Positions 1-9,793 of a DNA stretch of 64,000 nucleotides are shown here, piece after piece. The stretch lies in contig JBGAQA010000011.1 of the NCBI GenBank assembly GCA_044220955.1, positions 32,001-96,000 on the forward strand. Reading direction: 5' to 3'. The position numbers and the translations under genes were made by a program. A model generated the notes under the pieces. It ran no database searches. It worked only from the letters and a program-made list of their open reading frames with translations, and was not told the DNA's origin. Position 1 is the stretch's first letter; each line of letters opens with the position of its first letter. This DNA is from Sandaracinaceae bacterium. GTDB lineage: Bacteria; Myxococcota_A; Polyangia; Polyangiales; Sandaracinaceae.

Positions 1-1
1 C

Positions 2-430
2 GAGGCGCCGGTGCAGGTGAAGAAGGAGCCGCTCGGCCAGGCGCGCGACTACGCGCGGCACCTGCTCGAGAAGGTCGGCCTCTCGCACCGCGAGGGCGCG
101 CTGCCGCGCATGATGAGCGGCGGCGAGCAGCAGCGCTGCGCCATCGCCCGCGCGCTCGCGATGCGCCCGGAGGTGCTCTTCATGGACGAGCCGACGAGCG
201 CGCTCGATCCGCAGCGCGTCGGCGACCTCGTGGAGTTGCTCCAGAAGCTGACCGACGAGGAGAAGCTCACGCTCGTCGTGGTCACGCACGAGATGAAGTT
301 CGCCATCGAGCTCGCGAACCGCGTGCTCGTGCTCTACGAGGGCAACGTGATCGAGGACGGCCCACCGAGGGACATCCTCGCCGCGCCGAAGGACCCGCGC
401 ACCCGGACGTTCCTCGGCCTCGAGGGGTGA
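2..430 (+). CDS. Polar amino acid ABC transporter ATP-binding protein (5' truncated by window edge)
   Basis: Signature MSGGEQQR, Walker B LFMDEPTSALD, H-loop VVVTHE, GlnQ-like C-terminus PKDPRTRTFL; Walker A lies upstream of the window. Confidence 0.9.
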   Translation, partial: EAPVQVKKEPLGQARDYARHLLEKVGLSHREGALPRMMSGGEQQRCAIARALAMRPEVLFMDEPTSALDPQRVGDLVELLQKLTDEEKLTLVVVTHEMKFAIELANRVLVLYEGNVIEDGPPRDILAAPKDPRTRTFLGLEG

Positions 431-592
431 CTCGGAGACTGTCCCTCGATCGACGACGGCCTCGGGCACGATCCGACGGCCGCGCGCGACGAGCGGTGTG
501 CCTCGCGAGGAGCGAAGCGACGAGTCGGAGCGAGGGGTGAGACGCATCCGGCTCCGCCGGTGCGTCGAGGGCGGCTCACGCCCCCTGAGAGG

Positions 593-2131
593 TCAGATCA
601 GCCCGCCACCGCCGCCGCCACCGGGCTCGAGCTCGAAGCTCTGCTCGATCTGCGCTGCGACGGGCAGCACGCGCTGCTCTGCGAGACAGAAGTCCATCTC
701 GCTGCGCTCGAACTGATCGACGGCGACGACGACGTCGCTGCGCGCGCGCGTCGTCGCCCGGAAGTGTCCGGAGGCGTCGGCGCGCAGGCGCGTGCCGCCG
801 ACCCAGAGGCTCGCGTGCGCGGCGGGGGCGTCGCCACAGCGGATCGTGCCGGTGACCTCGACGCGCTGCTCGCTCGTGGCCGGCCCGCCGCGCGCGAGCC
901 CGCGATCCGAGCCGTCCGAGAGCAGGAACACGGTGCTGCTCGTCCTCGCGGGCCGCCACGGGATCGGCAGGCTACAGCCGTCGACCGCGCCACTCCATCG
1001 CTCGCGGCCGTCGTCCTGGCCGAGCGCGCGGGCGAACCACGACGTCGTGCACACGAGCACGGAATCTTCGTCGAGCGCGATCGCGGGGTGGTATCCGCTC
1101 GCGTCCGTGTCGAGCGACGCCGAGCGCCAGGCGAGCGCGCCGTGGCGCGCGACGTCGTAGCGGCGCACCTCGGTCCGGCTCGCGCTCTCGGCGCCGGTCG
1201 GGACCAGGACGAACACGTCGTCGCCGCGCAGGATCACGGTGCGCCCCCACGGCGGCTGCGCGGCGAGGGCGATTCGTGCGAGCTCGGACCCGTCGGCGAG
1301 CGAGACGATCACGAGCGCACCGTCGCGAAGCACCGGCAGGCGGTCGCCTCCGGGGTCGAAGAGCCGGTCTTGCCGCGCGTCGAAGTCGGGCACGTGCCAG
1401 CGCGTCGCGCCGGTGCGGGCGTCGCGGGCCACGAGGCCCTCGTCGAGGGTGACGAAGAGCCCGGGCGCCGCGCGCCACCGCTGCCCGCGCGAGAAGAAGC
1501 CTCCGGTGTAGGAGTCGCGCCAGAGGATGTGACCATCCTGAGGATCGAGCGCGAGCAGCTCGTCCCGTGCCACGACGAAGAACGCGTCGCCGCTCGAGAG
1601 GTGCGCCGAGTCGCTCCCCGCGGGCAGATCCATGCGATGCACCCGCCAGCGCACGTCGAGCGTCGCGAGGTCGATCGCGGCGAGCACGCCGTCGTCGCCG
1701 CGCATCAGGAGCGCGCCCTGCGCCACCGCGAGCGCGGGCAGCAGCTCGTCCGCGAAGACGGGCGCGCGCCCGAGCGGATTCGCGTGGGCGAGCGTCGGAG
1801 TCGTCCCGTCGCCCGAGACGCAGAAGAGGTGGGCGTCGTCGACGACGAAGAGCGAGCCGTCGACCGCGAGCACGTCGCGCTGGCTCGACGGCGGCAGACC
1901 GGCCGACCACGCGGCGAGCGACTCGACGGGCGCGCCGAGCGGGGGCACCGCGGGCGGTGGGACCGTGATCGGGGCCGCGACGGAGGTCGCGGGTGCGGTT
2001 GCGGGCGAGGGCGCGGGCGAGGGCGCGGGCGCGGGCGCGGGCGCGCTCGGGACCGTCTCCGGCACTCGCCGCTCGGCGGCCGTACCGCACGCGAGCGCGA
2101 CGACGGCGATCGCGAGCCCGACGCCCCCCAT
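593..2131 (-). CDS. Lipoprotein with PQQ-like (BamB-type) beta-propeller repeats
   Basis: Lipobox VALAC, Pro/Ala linker, repeats LAAIDLATLDVRW, LLALDPQDGHILW, LVARDARTGATRW; start could be 2146. Confidence 0.75.
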   Translation of the reverse strand: MGGVGLAIAVVALACGTAAERRVPETVPSAPAPAPAPSPAPSPATAPATSVAAPITVPPPAVPPLGAPVESLAAWSAGLPPSSQRDVLAVDGSLFVVDDAHLFCVSGDGTTPTLAHANPLGRAPVFADELLPALAVAQGALLMRGDDGVLAAIDLATLDVRWRVHRMDLPAGSDSAHLSSGDAFFVVARDELLALDPQDGHILWRDSYTGGFFSRGQRWRAAPGLFVTLDEGLVARDARTGATRWHVPDFDARQDRLFDPGGDRLPVLRDGALVIVSLADGSELARIALAAQPPWGRTVILRGDDVFVLVPTGAESASRTEVRRYDVARHGALAWRSASLDTDASGYHPAIALDEDSVLVCTTSWFARALGQDDGRERWSGAVDGCSLPIPWRPARTSSTVFLLSDGSDRGLARGGPATSEQRVEVTGTIRCGDAPAAHASLWVGGTRLRADASGHFRATTRARSDVVVAVDQFERSEMDFCLAEQRVLPVAAQIEQSFELEPGGGGGGGLI

Positions 2132-2189
2132 GCCTACCTGGCGCACCGGCCAACGGTCGCACGCGCGAGCGCCTCCAGGAAGCGCTTCG

Positions 2190-2594
2190 CTACGGCAGCG
2201 CGCCGGCCTCGATCCAGGCCAGGATCTCGCATCGCTCCGCGTCGCTCAGCCCCCCGGCCGGCGGCATCCGGCGCGTCGGGCTCGAGGTCGTGATGCGCTC
2301 GGCGAGCGCGCTGCACTCCGCGTCGCCCGGCGCGACGCGCGTCGAGAGATCCGCGAACGCCACGTCGCGCGTCTCGAGCACGAGGCCGCCCGAGTGCTCG
2401 GCGAGGCTGTGACAGGCGCTCCCGACGACGCACCGACGGGCCAGCACCGTCGCCTGCAACGTCGCGAAGTCCGGGGCCGCCGCGCCCGTGCAGTCGGGGA
2501 GCACGGCGTGCGCGCACGGCGCGGGCGCAGGCGAGCAGGCCCCCAGCGCGAGCGTCGCGAGGGCGAGGGCGAGCTCAGCGCGCGTCGCCCGCAT
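2190..2594 (-). CDS. Lipoprotein, c-type cytochrome-like (Planctomycete cytochrome c-type domain) with CX5CH motif
   Basis: Lipobox LGAC; RCVVGSACH...GGLVL...VAPGDAECSAL...RMPP...EILAWIEAGA; ATG at 2594. Confidence 0.6.
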   Translation of the reverse strand: MRATRAELALALATLALGACSPAPAPCAHAVLPDCTGAAAPDFATLQATVLARRCVVGSACHSLAEHSGGLVLETRDVAFADLSTRVAPGDAECSALAERITTSSPTRRMPPAGGLSDAERCEILAWIEAGALP

Positions 2595-2904
2595 CGGTGA
2601 GCGTCCCCGAGTCGGTCGCCGCTCCTGCGTCCCCGCCCGTCCCGGCATCTTCCGGCGTGCATACCTCGAAGCAGTGCGCGCGCATCGCGACGCAGTCGGC
2701 CTCGCTCGTGGCGAGATCCTCGGCGAACTCGTGGCACTCGTGGACCTCGCCCAGCCCCACGTCGAGCGAGTGGCAGCGCTCCATGATGGCGAGGCAGGTC
2801 GGGTTGGCCGTACCCCCACCGCCGGCGTCGGCGCTCTGGGTCGAGCTGTTGCATCCCGCGATCGCGACCAGGGCCAGGACCACGAAGCTGTGCGCGCTGT
2901 TCAT
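2575..2904 (-). CDS. Small Cys/His-rich lipoprotein
   Basis: MNSAHSFVVLALVAIAGC lipobox; CLAIMERCH...HECHE...DC...HCFEVC. Confidence 0.65.
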   Translation of the reverse strand: MNSAHSFVVLALVAIAGCNSSTQSADAGGGGTANPTCLAIMERCHSLDVGLGEVHECHEFAEDLATSEADCVAMRAHCFEVCTPEDAGTGGDAGAATDSGTLTDAGDAR

Positions 2905-2980
2905 GCGCGCGATGTGTAGCGCCGCAGGTGTCGCGGGCACTGCGGCCGATGGACGCACCCCGGGCGAGCCCGAGCCGCGG

Positions 2981-3496
2981 TCAGCTCGCGCGGCGGAGCT
3001 GCCCGGGGGCCGCGCCGGGACGCGGACCACCGCTCAGGCGCTCCCGGATCCTCCTCAGGAGCGAGGCGCGCAAGGGAGCGTGGAGCGCCGCGTCGACGAT
3101 CGGGTGGGTCGGTGCTTCCGCGCGGGCGGCGTGCGCGCGCAGGGCGCGGGACAGCTCGGCCACGCCGCGCGCCTCGAGGGCAGGCTCGCGGAGCGCCGCC
3201 ACGAGCTGCTCCAGCTGGGCGAGCAACGTCCCGTGCTCCTCGCGCAGGGCGTGCATCTCGGCGGCCGCGGCCGGGTCGGCCAGCGGCAGGAGCAGCTCGC
3301 TCTCCATGCGGAGGTGCACGGTCAGCTGCCGCTCGAGGGCGGTGAGGTAGCGCGCGGCGCGCTCGCGATCCCTGGCGTCGAGCGCGTCACGCGCGTCGTC
3401 GAGCAGCGAGTGCATGTGTGCGTGCTCGCGACCGAGAAGCGTTCGCAGATCGTCGGTCCCCGGGTCCGTGCCCTCGAGCCATCGCGTGTGCGGCAT
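2981..3496 (-). CDS. Hemerythrin/HHE cation-binding domain protein
   Basis: Helical pattern LGREH...HLRMESELLLP...LREEH...LRAHAARAE. Confidence 0.6.
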   Translation of the reverse strand: MPHTRWLEGTDPGTDDLRTLLGREHAHMHSLLDDARDALDARDRERAARYLTALERQLTVHLRMESELLLPLADPAAAAEMHALREEHGTLLAQLEQLVAALREPALEARGVAELSRALRAHAARAEAPTHPIVDAALHAPLRASLLRRIRERLSGGPRPGAAPGQLRRAS

Positions 3497-3600
3497 GCCC
3501 GGAGCGCAGCAACCCACGTGCCGCGAATTCGCGCGCGAGAGCCCCCGTTTCGCGGCCGCGCGCGCGCATTCTGCGGGGCGCGATGCACGGCTTGCGCGCC

Positions 3601-4128
3601 TCAGCCTCGCCGCAGGCGCCGCGCGTGTGCCGTGGGGCGGTCAGCGGGCCAGCCACCGACCGAGACCGCGTCGTTGCCCAGGAGCGCGGCCGTGATCTTT
3701 CCGAAGAGCCGGTCGAGCGCGATCGTGGGCTCGTTCAGAAGACCGACGTCTCCGACGCTCCAGGCCCACGCCTCGATGCGATGGGCGAGCTCGCCGCGGA
3801 GCTCCAGCGTGCGGCCGATCCGCAGCAGGGTGTGGTACTCGCTCGTGGCGACGCGGCCGTCGGCGATCGACACCCACACGGCCGCGCCGTACGCGAAGGC
3901 CCGCTCGAGCGGTCCGAGCGAGCCGAGCTCGAGCGACTCGAAGGGCCGGTTGCGCCGAGCCAGCATCGTCGCGCCGAGATCGCGCGCCGCGAGGCCGAGC
4001 ATGTCGGCCGCAGCGCCGACCGCGCCGACCTCGAGCGGCGTCAGCCGCCCGTCGGCCCAGACGACGTGCACGATCGCGTCGAAGATCACGTCGCGCCCGC
4101 GGGGTGTGATGAGGTTGTGCCAGGTCAT
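3601..4128 (-). CDS. TerB-like (tellurite resistance/DUF533-type fold) protein
   Basis: Two ADG..T..E motifs (VWADGRLTPLE, SIADGRVATSE); GAGGAG RBS before ATG. Confidence 0.65.
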   Translation of the reverse strand: MTWHNLITPRGRDVIFDAIVHVVWADGRLTPLEVGAVGAAADMLGLAARDLGATMLARRNRPFESLELGSLGPLERAFAYGAAVWVSIADGRVATSEYHTLLRIGRTLELRGELAHRIEAWAWSVGDVGLLNEPTIALDRLFGKITAALLGNDAVSVGGWPADRPTAHARRLRRG

Positions 4129-4162
4129 GAGCCCTCCTCTCTTCGTCGGCTCGCAGCCCGCC

Positions 4163-4618
4163 TCACCAGTCGTGGTGCTCGCGCTCGGCGAGGAAGCGGG
4201 CGAACTGACGCGCAGCGGTCTCGCCGGTTTCCGTCGCGTCCGGGCCTGTCGCGCGGACCTCCACGAGATCGATGAGCTCGCCGTCCTGGTCCCTCAGCGC
4301 CAGGCGAGCCTGGCCCTGGGTCTGGTCGGTCCCGGCGCGGAGCTCGACGTCGCGGACGTGGAGGCGGTAGCGCGACGCGCCCGGCTGAACGATGGTGTAC
4401 TCGGGCAGGATGCGGGCGAGCTCGTCCGAGAAGCCCTGCGCGAACGCCGCGTGGTTCTCCGTGGGCGCCGGCTCGTGCAGCACGGCGATGCTGCCGGGCA
4501 CCACGTCGACGTTCGCGGCGGTGCGGACGACGTGGAAGCCGTTCGAGCAGGCCGACGCGGCCAGGGCGAGGGACGACGAGATGATCGCGGCGAAGAGTCG
4601 AGCTCCGTGGTTGCGCAT
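4163..4618 (-). CDS. Hypothetical lipoprotein
   Basis: GGAGG RBS then MRNHGARLFAAIISSSLALAASAC lipobox. Confidence 0.65.
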   Translation of the reverse strand: MRNHGARLFAAIISSSLALAASACSNGFHVVRTAANVDVVPGSIAVLHEPAPTENHAAFAQGFSDELARILPEYTIVQPGASRYRLHVRDVELRAGTDQTQGQARLALRDQDGELIDLVEVRATGPDATETGETAARQFARFLAEREHHDW

Positions 4619-4719
4619 GAGATCCTCCATGCGCTCATCCTGGGGTCGGACGCCGGCGGCGGAAGCCAGGGAATGCCGACGCCGAGCCTCGGAAAGACCG
4701 ATGGGTGCGCTCGACCGGC

Positions 4720-6222
4720 TCACGCTCGCGCGACGTGGTCGGCGCAGAGCGACGCGATGGCCATGATGGGCACCTGCGGGTTCACGCCGAGGTTGGTCGG
4801 GAACACGCTGGAGTCCGCGACGTAGAGCGCGCTCACGGCGTGGTGCCGGAAGTCGGGCCGCACGACGCCCGCCGCCGGCTCGCTCGCCATGCGCGCGGTG
4901 CCGAACAGGTGCGTCATCGACATCGGATACGCGCGCGGCGAGAGCGGTCCGCCCGCCTCGAGGTCGGCCATGCGCGAGGCGCGCGTCACGACCGGGTCGA
5001 ATCCGGCGACCCCGGGGTGCACCTCGGTGGCGCCCGCCGCGAAGAAGAGGTCACCCATCACGCGCACGGCGCGGCGCGCCCTGACGACGTCGTCCGGGTG
5101 CAGCCAGTACTCCACCTGCGGCTTGCCGCGGATCAGGCGCACACGACCCTCGCCGCGCGCGCGCAGGGCCGTGCCCCAGACGGCGTAGCGGTCGAGCTCG
5201 GCGATGCGCGCCGCGAGGGCCCGGCCGAAGCCCTGGACGCGGCTCGCGAGCACCGAGAGATCGAAGCCGAGCGCCTCGACCTTCAGGCCCTCGCTGCGAA
5301 GGCCCGTGACCTCGTGGCCCTGCGTCGCGCCGAGGTGGTTGTCGACCGGCCCCGCGAAGCGCCCCGTGACGGACACGCCCGGATGCGCCGTGAGGTGCCT
5401 GCCGACGGGGCCCTGGTCGAGCCCGCTCGCGAGCAGCAGCGTGGGCGTGCCGATCGCGCTCGCCGCGAGCACGACCGCGTGGCGGGCGAGCGCGTCGAAG
5501 CGCGCGCCGCCCGAGGTGGTGCCCGCGACGCCGATCGCGCGGCGCCCGTCGTGCAGCACGCGGTCGACTCGCATGCCCGAAGCGATCCGGGCGCCGTGCG
5601 CGACGGCGTCGGGCAGGAACGAGCGGTCCATCGAGAGCTTGGCCCCGTGGGGACAGCCCTGGAGGCAGCGCCCGCTGCCGACGCAGCCCGAGACGTTGCG
5701 GCGGATCGGCCGGTGCGCGACACCGAGCGCCTCCGCCGCCGTCGCCAGGAGCAGGTTCTTGCGCCCCGCCACCCGGTCCTCGGTGGGCGCGATCGAGAGG
5801 CGCTGCTCGATCGCGCGCTCGTGCTCCGCGATGCGCGCGGTGTCGAAGGTCTCCCCCAGCGCAGGGTCCTTCCGGACCCAGGGGAGCACCATCTCGGGCT
5901 CGAGGCGCCAGCTGATCGCGCCGTTCACGACGGACGTCCCGCCGACCACGACGCCCTGGAGGTAGGGCATCGGGTTGTTGCCGAGGGCCATCGACGTGCC
6001 CATCTCGCGATAGAGGCGCGCGAACGAAGTCAGGCCGCTCGGGACGAACGAGTCGGGCCTCGCTTCGTGTCCCTCCTCGAGCACGAGCACGTCGAGCCCG
6101 CGCGAGGCGAGGCTACGCGCGACGCTCGCGCCCGCGGGCCCGCTGCCGACGATCACCACGTCGGCGTCGAGCGAGTGCGGCCGGTGCACCTGCCGCCCGT
6201 CGAGCGCGATCAGGTCGCTCAC
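4720..6222 (-). CDS. GMC family FAD-dependent oxidoreductase
   Basis: Rossmann VIVGSGPAG, VGGTSVVNG, Cys cluster CVGSGRCLQGC, catalytic HLFGT and NPQ; GTG start overlaps upstream stop. Confidence 0.88.
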   Translation of the reverse strand: MSDLIALDGRQVHRPHSLDADVVIVGSGPAGASVARSLASRGLDVLVLEEGHEARPDSFVPSGLTSFARLYREMGTSMALGNNPMPYLQGVVVGGTSVVNGAISWRLEPEMVLPWVRKDPALGETFDTARIAEHERAIEQRLSIAPTEDRVAGRKNLLLATAAEALGVAHRPIRRNVSGCVGSGRCLQGCPHGAKLSMDRSFLPDAVAHGARIASGMRVDRVLHDGRRAIGVAGTTSGGARFDALARHAVVLAASAIGTPTLLLASGLDQGPVGRHLTAHPGVSVTGRFAGPVDNHLGATQGHEVTGLRSEGLKVEALGFDLSVLASRVQGFGRALAARIAELDRYAVWGTALRARGEGRVRLIRGKPQVEYWLHPDDVVRARRAVRVMGDLFFAAGATEVHPGVAGFDPVVTRASRMADLEAGGPLSPRAYPMSMTHLFGTARMASEPAAGVVRPDFRHHAVSALYVADSSVFPTNLGVNPQVPIMAIASLCADHVARA

Positions 6223-6650
6223 CTCGCCCCTCCCGGCGCGTCGAGCGTGGCGCGCGAGCGCGCGCGGACGGCGGCGTCCTCGAAGTACGCGAAGCACGCG
6301 AGCATCTTCAGCGTCGTGAGCATCTGACGCGTGACGTACGCCTCGCTCGCCGCCATCGCCTCGACGCAGTCGAGCCGCGCCCTGGCGTCGAGCGCGTGGA
6401 AGGGCCTGCGGAAGCGCGGGTGCGTGAGCGGCCAGAACGTGAGCGCCGCGACCATCGCGCGCAGCCCCGGGGCGAACATCGGACCGGGCGCGCGATCGAT
6501 CGCCTCGTAGAACGACGCGAGATCGATCGAGGCGAACGCGGGCAGCCCGTGGTCCTCGAGCGGCCCGAGGATCGCCGCGAAGAGCGCCTCGGCCCACCTC
6601 CGCTCGCGTGGGCTCAGCGCTGCGGCGCTCGTCGACGCGGCGCGCGTCAC
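6219..6650 (-). CDS. Small partner subunit of the GMC oxidoreductase (gluconate 2-dehydrogenase subunit 3-like)
   Basis: RPFHALDARAR...LKMLACFAYFEDAAVR pattern; GTGA overlaps with both neighbours. Confidence 0.6.
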   Translation of the reverse strand: MTRAASTSAAALSPRERRWAEALFAAILGPLEDHGLPAFASIDLASFYEAIDRAPGPMFAPGLRAMVAALTFWPLTHPRFRRPFHALDARARLDCVEAMAASEAYVTRQMLTTLKMLACFAYFEDAAVRARSRATLDAPGGAR

Positions 6651-7219
6651 CGAAGCTCCCGGGGCACATGGTCGATCCGGTGGTCGCGCTCCAGCGTGAA
6701 GTACGTCGGCGTCTCGAGGACCCGCCCCGCGACGACGAGGTAGCTGACGCCGAGCAGCTCGTCGCAGCCATCGTCGGCGGCGAGCGCGACGAGCGGATCC
6801 TTGGTCCGGCGTACGGGCGCCAGGCGCGGGTTCGGCGCGCGCGCGTAGTCGATCACCAGCCCGCGGCCGAAGCCAGCCGGCATCGGTACGCCCTCCGGCG
6901 GGATCACCTCGTAGTTCCACTCGGTGACGGGCACGCCGCCGCGGCGGATGGGGCGGCTGGGCGCGTCGATTCCGTCCTGCTCGAGCCGCACGTTCCACCC
7001 CATCAGGCGCCCGCTCTTCGGCTCGCGCCAGAACGTCTTCTGGAACGTCTTCCACGTGGCGAGCTCGATCAGGCGCGGGAGCCCGAGGCTCGTCCCGCGG
7101 TACGCGTAGCCCTCGATCGCGCGCGGATCCACGGGGAAGCCCGACGTGATCCGCTCGCGCAGTTCGCGCGGGGACGCATGGCGCAGATCGCGTGCGATGG
7201 ACACGAGGCGATCATACAC
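6647..7219 (-). CDS. Hypothetical protein, first gene of the GMC operon
   Basis: Typical coding composition (GYAYRGTSLGLP...WKTFQKTF); coupled to downstream gene. Confidence 0.7.
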   Translation of the reverse strand: MYDRLVSIARDLRHASPRELRERITSGFPVDPRAIEGYAYRGTSLGLPRLIELATWKTFQKTFWREPKSGRLMGWNVRLEQDGIDAPSRPIRRGGVPVTEWNYEVIPPEGVPMPAGFGRGLVIDYARAPNPRLAPVRRTKDPLVALAADDGCDELLGVSYLVVAGRVLETPTYFTLERDHRIDHVPRELR

Positions 7220-7243
7220 GGCACCGCGCGGCTCCTCGGAGAA

Positions 7244-9793
7244 TCAGATCAAGCAGTGGCCCGTCGCGTCGGGCGAGGTGTCGTTGTCCTCGCGGCACTC
7301 CCGGAACGTCGGCGCGCCTGCCGGGTTCACGATGCGTGCGCGGTAGACCGCCATCGGATCGGCGCCCGCCGGCAGCGCGAGCGTCAGCTGCGTGAGCGCG
7401 CCTGGGAACACGGAGGTCGTGCTCGTCATGGTCCCGAGCGCCACCTCGACGCCGCCCGCGTCGACGCGGAAGAAGTCGACGCGCACGCCGGGCGGCAGGA
7501 TCGCCGCGCCGACGTTGCGCAGGCTCGCGACGAGCGCCACCGGGTCGGTGCAGCGCACCTCGAGCACGACGGTCGCGTCGGCGGCGTCGAACACGCCGCT
7601 CTCTTGGACGTTCTGCCGGAAGTTGTTGACCCAGGGGAGCGTCCAGCTCGCCGTCTCGTGCATCGGGATCGCGCCGTAGCCCTCGCTCGGCGCGCACGCG
7701 CCGTCTCCGGGCACGCAGACGTTCGTCACGTGGTAGCTGTGCTGGTTCCAGATCGGCCTCGTGCCGACCCACGTGCGCGCCGCGTCGCGCAGCAAGCGCA
7801 CGCCCCGCCACGCCGTCGCGCCGGTCGGTCGCACCCACGCCGGGTGGCCGTAGTTCGGGTCGGTGCTCACGGCGTTCCAGGGCGCGACGTCGCAGCCCCA
7901 GCCGGCCGACGTCGGATCGGCGCCGTTCGAGACGAGCACGATCTCGGCATGCCCGTCGCCGTCGACGTCGGCGACGATCGAGGCCTCGGTCCCGGTGAAG
8001 GACGTGGTCAGCCCGGCGTAGCGGACGTGGCCCGTCGGGCCGTCGTACACCCAGAGGAAGCACTCGTCGGCGTAGACGACCTCGGCGATGCCGTCACCCT
8101 CGAAGTCGAACACCGTCGAGCCCGTCTCGCTCGACGAGAGGTCGTGGTTCGGGGTGCGCCAGACCTGCTCGAGCGCCGTGCCCGCGGAGGTCAGCTGGAT
8201 CATCGAGTAGAAGTTCTGCTGCGCGACGCCGATCTCGGGCCGGCCGTCGCCGTCGAAGTCCGCGATCGTCGGGGCGCCGCCGCTGCCCGTGCCGGTGAGG
8301 GTGAAGGGGCCCGCGACGACGGTGCCGTCCCTGCCGCGCACCACCGTCACGGTCCCGCTACCGACGACGACGACCTCCGGGTGCCCGTCGCCGTTCAGGT
8401 CGGCGACCGCGGGGAAGCCGTTCGGGAGCGTGTTGTTGTTCCACAGCTCGGTCCCGTCGGTGCGGTAGGCCGTGCGGCCGGCGACGAGCTCGAGGTCGCC
8501 GTCCTCGTCGAGATCGGCGAACACGGAGAGCGCGTCCGACACGCTGCCCGCCGAGCCGTGCGCGCCGGTCCACGCGAGCGTGATCGCGCCGCCCGTCGTG
8601 TGGAAGAGCGTCGCGCCCCACGCGATCTCGGCGAAGCCGTCGCCGTCCATGTCCGCGATCGCGAACCCGCCGCCCCAGCCGAACGAGTCGTTCGCCCCTG
8701 CGCCCGGGATGGGCATGTTGCTCGTGCGCCGCACGGTCCCGGTTCCGTCGACCAGGACGACGTAGCCCTCGCCCGTCGCTGCGACGATGTCCATGCGCCC
8801 GTCGCGATCGACGTCGCCGAGCGCCACGCTCGTCCCGGAGAAGCCGCTCGAGCCGGCGGAGGGGCTGCGCAGCGACCACACGGCCTCGCCCGTCCGCCCG
8901 TCGAGCACGCGCAGCACGCCCCGGTGACACTCGGTCGGCGTGTTCCCGGTGCACTGGCAGCACGCGCCGAGCCCGGTCGTCGCGTTGAACGCGTAGCCCG
9001 ACACGAACACGACGTTGGGCGGATCGAGCTCGTCGACGGCGCCGTCGCAATTCGCGTCGTAGAGGCGGCCGACGGCGGGCGTCGACCACACGTCGACGCG
9101 GTTCGGGTTGTCGGCCGGCGGCGTCGGCTGGCCCCAGCTCCACGCCACCACGGCGTCGAGGTGACCGACGCTCGGGTGGTACTCGCACATCGTGGTGCAG
9201 GACGCGGTGCCTCCGTCGAGCGCTCCGCCGTCCGGGAGCGTCGGGCACGCGGGCGGCAGCGCGAGGCAGCGCCCGGGAAGCGCGCTCGGCGTGGTGCACA
9301 CGCGGCCCGCGTCGCTCGCCATCACGCCCGCGTCGGTGACGCCGCCGTCCGTCCCGCCGCCGCCGAGCGCGGGCTCGCAGTACTGCCCCGTCGCGCAGTC
9401 GGCGTTGGTGCGACACGCGCCGCCGGGGATCACGCACGCGCCTGCGAAGCACGTCTCGCTCGCGCCGCAGCACGAGACGCCACACACGCTCGCGCTCGCG
9501 CAGCAGTGGCCGCTCGCGCACTCGTAGCCCGCGCCGCAGGTCGCGCTCGTGCTGCAGTTGCCCCACGCGTCCACGGGCGCTCCGGTGTCCATCGGCTCGC
9601 TGCCCATGTCGGCTCGAACGCCCGTGTCGGAGGGCGCCGCGCAGCGCGAGTCGATGCAGACCTGGCCGCCGCGGCAGTCGCGATCGCTGGTGCAGCGCCC
9701 GGCCGGGCCGGCGGGCCCCGAGCAGTCGCAGGCCGAGACGAGGACGGGCGCCGCGAGCGCGGCGAGCGCGAGGGCCAGGCGTGACGCGTTCAT
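7244..9793 (-). CDS. Cys-rich lipoprotein with FG-GAP/VCBS beta-propeller repeats and C-terminal CARDB-like Ig domain
   Basis: Lipobox VSACDC; multiple DxDxDG repeats (DVDRDG, DMDGDG, DLNGDG, DFDGDG, DFEGDG, DVDGDG); WVGTRPIWNQHSYHVTNV...NNFRQN. Confidence 0.85.
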   Translation of the reverse strand: MNASRLALALAALAAPVLVSACDCSGPAGPAGRCTSDRDCRGGQVCIDSRCAAPSDTGVRADMGSEPMDTGAPVDAWGNCSTSATCGAGYECASGHCCASASVCGVSCCGASETCFAGACVIPGGACRTNADCATGQYCEPALGGGGTDGGVTDAGVMASDAGRVCTTPSALPGRCLALPPACPTLPDGGALDGGTASCTTMCEYHPSVGHLDAVVAWSWGQPTPPADNPNRVDVWSTPAVGRLYDANCDGAVDELDPPNVVFVSGYAFNATTGLGACCQCTGNTPTECHRGVLRVLDGRTGEAVWSLRSPSAGSSGFSGTSVALGDVDRDGRMDIVAATGEGYVVLVDGTGTVRRTSNMPIPGAGANDSFGWGGGFAIADMDGDGFAEIAWGATLFHTTGGAITLAWTGAHGSAGSVSDALSVFADLDEDGDLELVAGRTAYRTDGTELWNNNTLPNGFPAVADLNGDGHPEVVVVGSGTVTVVRGRDGTVVAGPFTLTGTGSGGAPTIADFDGDGRPEIGVAQQNFYSMIQLTSAGTALEQVWRTPNHDLSSSETGSTVFDFEGDGIAEVVYADECFLWVYDGPTGHVRYAGLTTSFTGTEASIVADVDGDGHAEIVLVSNGADPTSAGWGCDVAPWNAVSTDPNYGHPAWVRPTGATAWRGVRLLRDAARTWVGTRPIWNQHSYHVTNVCVPGDGACAPSEGYGAIPMHETASWTLPWVNNFRQNVQESGVFDAADATVVLEVRCTDPVALVASLRNVGAAILPPGVRVDFFRVDAGGVEVALGTMTSTTSVFPGALTQLTLALPAGADPMAVYRARIVNPAGAPTFRECREDNDTSPDATGHCLI

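Noticed and set aside
1990..2045. GGGCGC-type repeats
   Set aside because: Simply encode the Pro/Ala linker of the propeller lipoprotein
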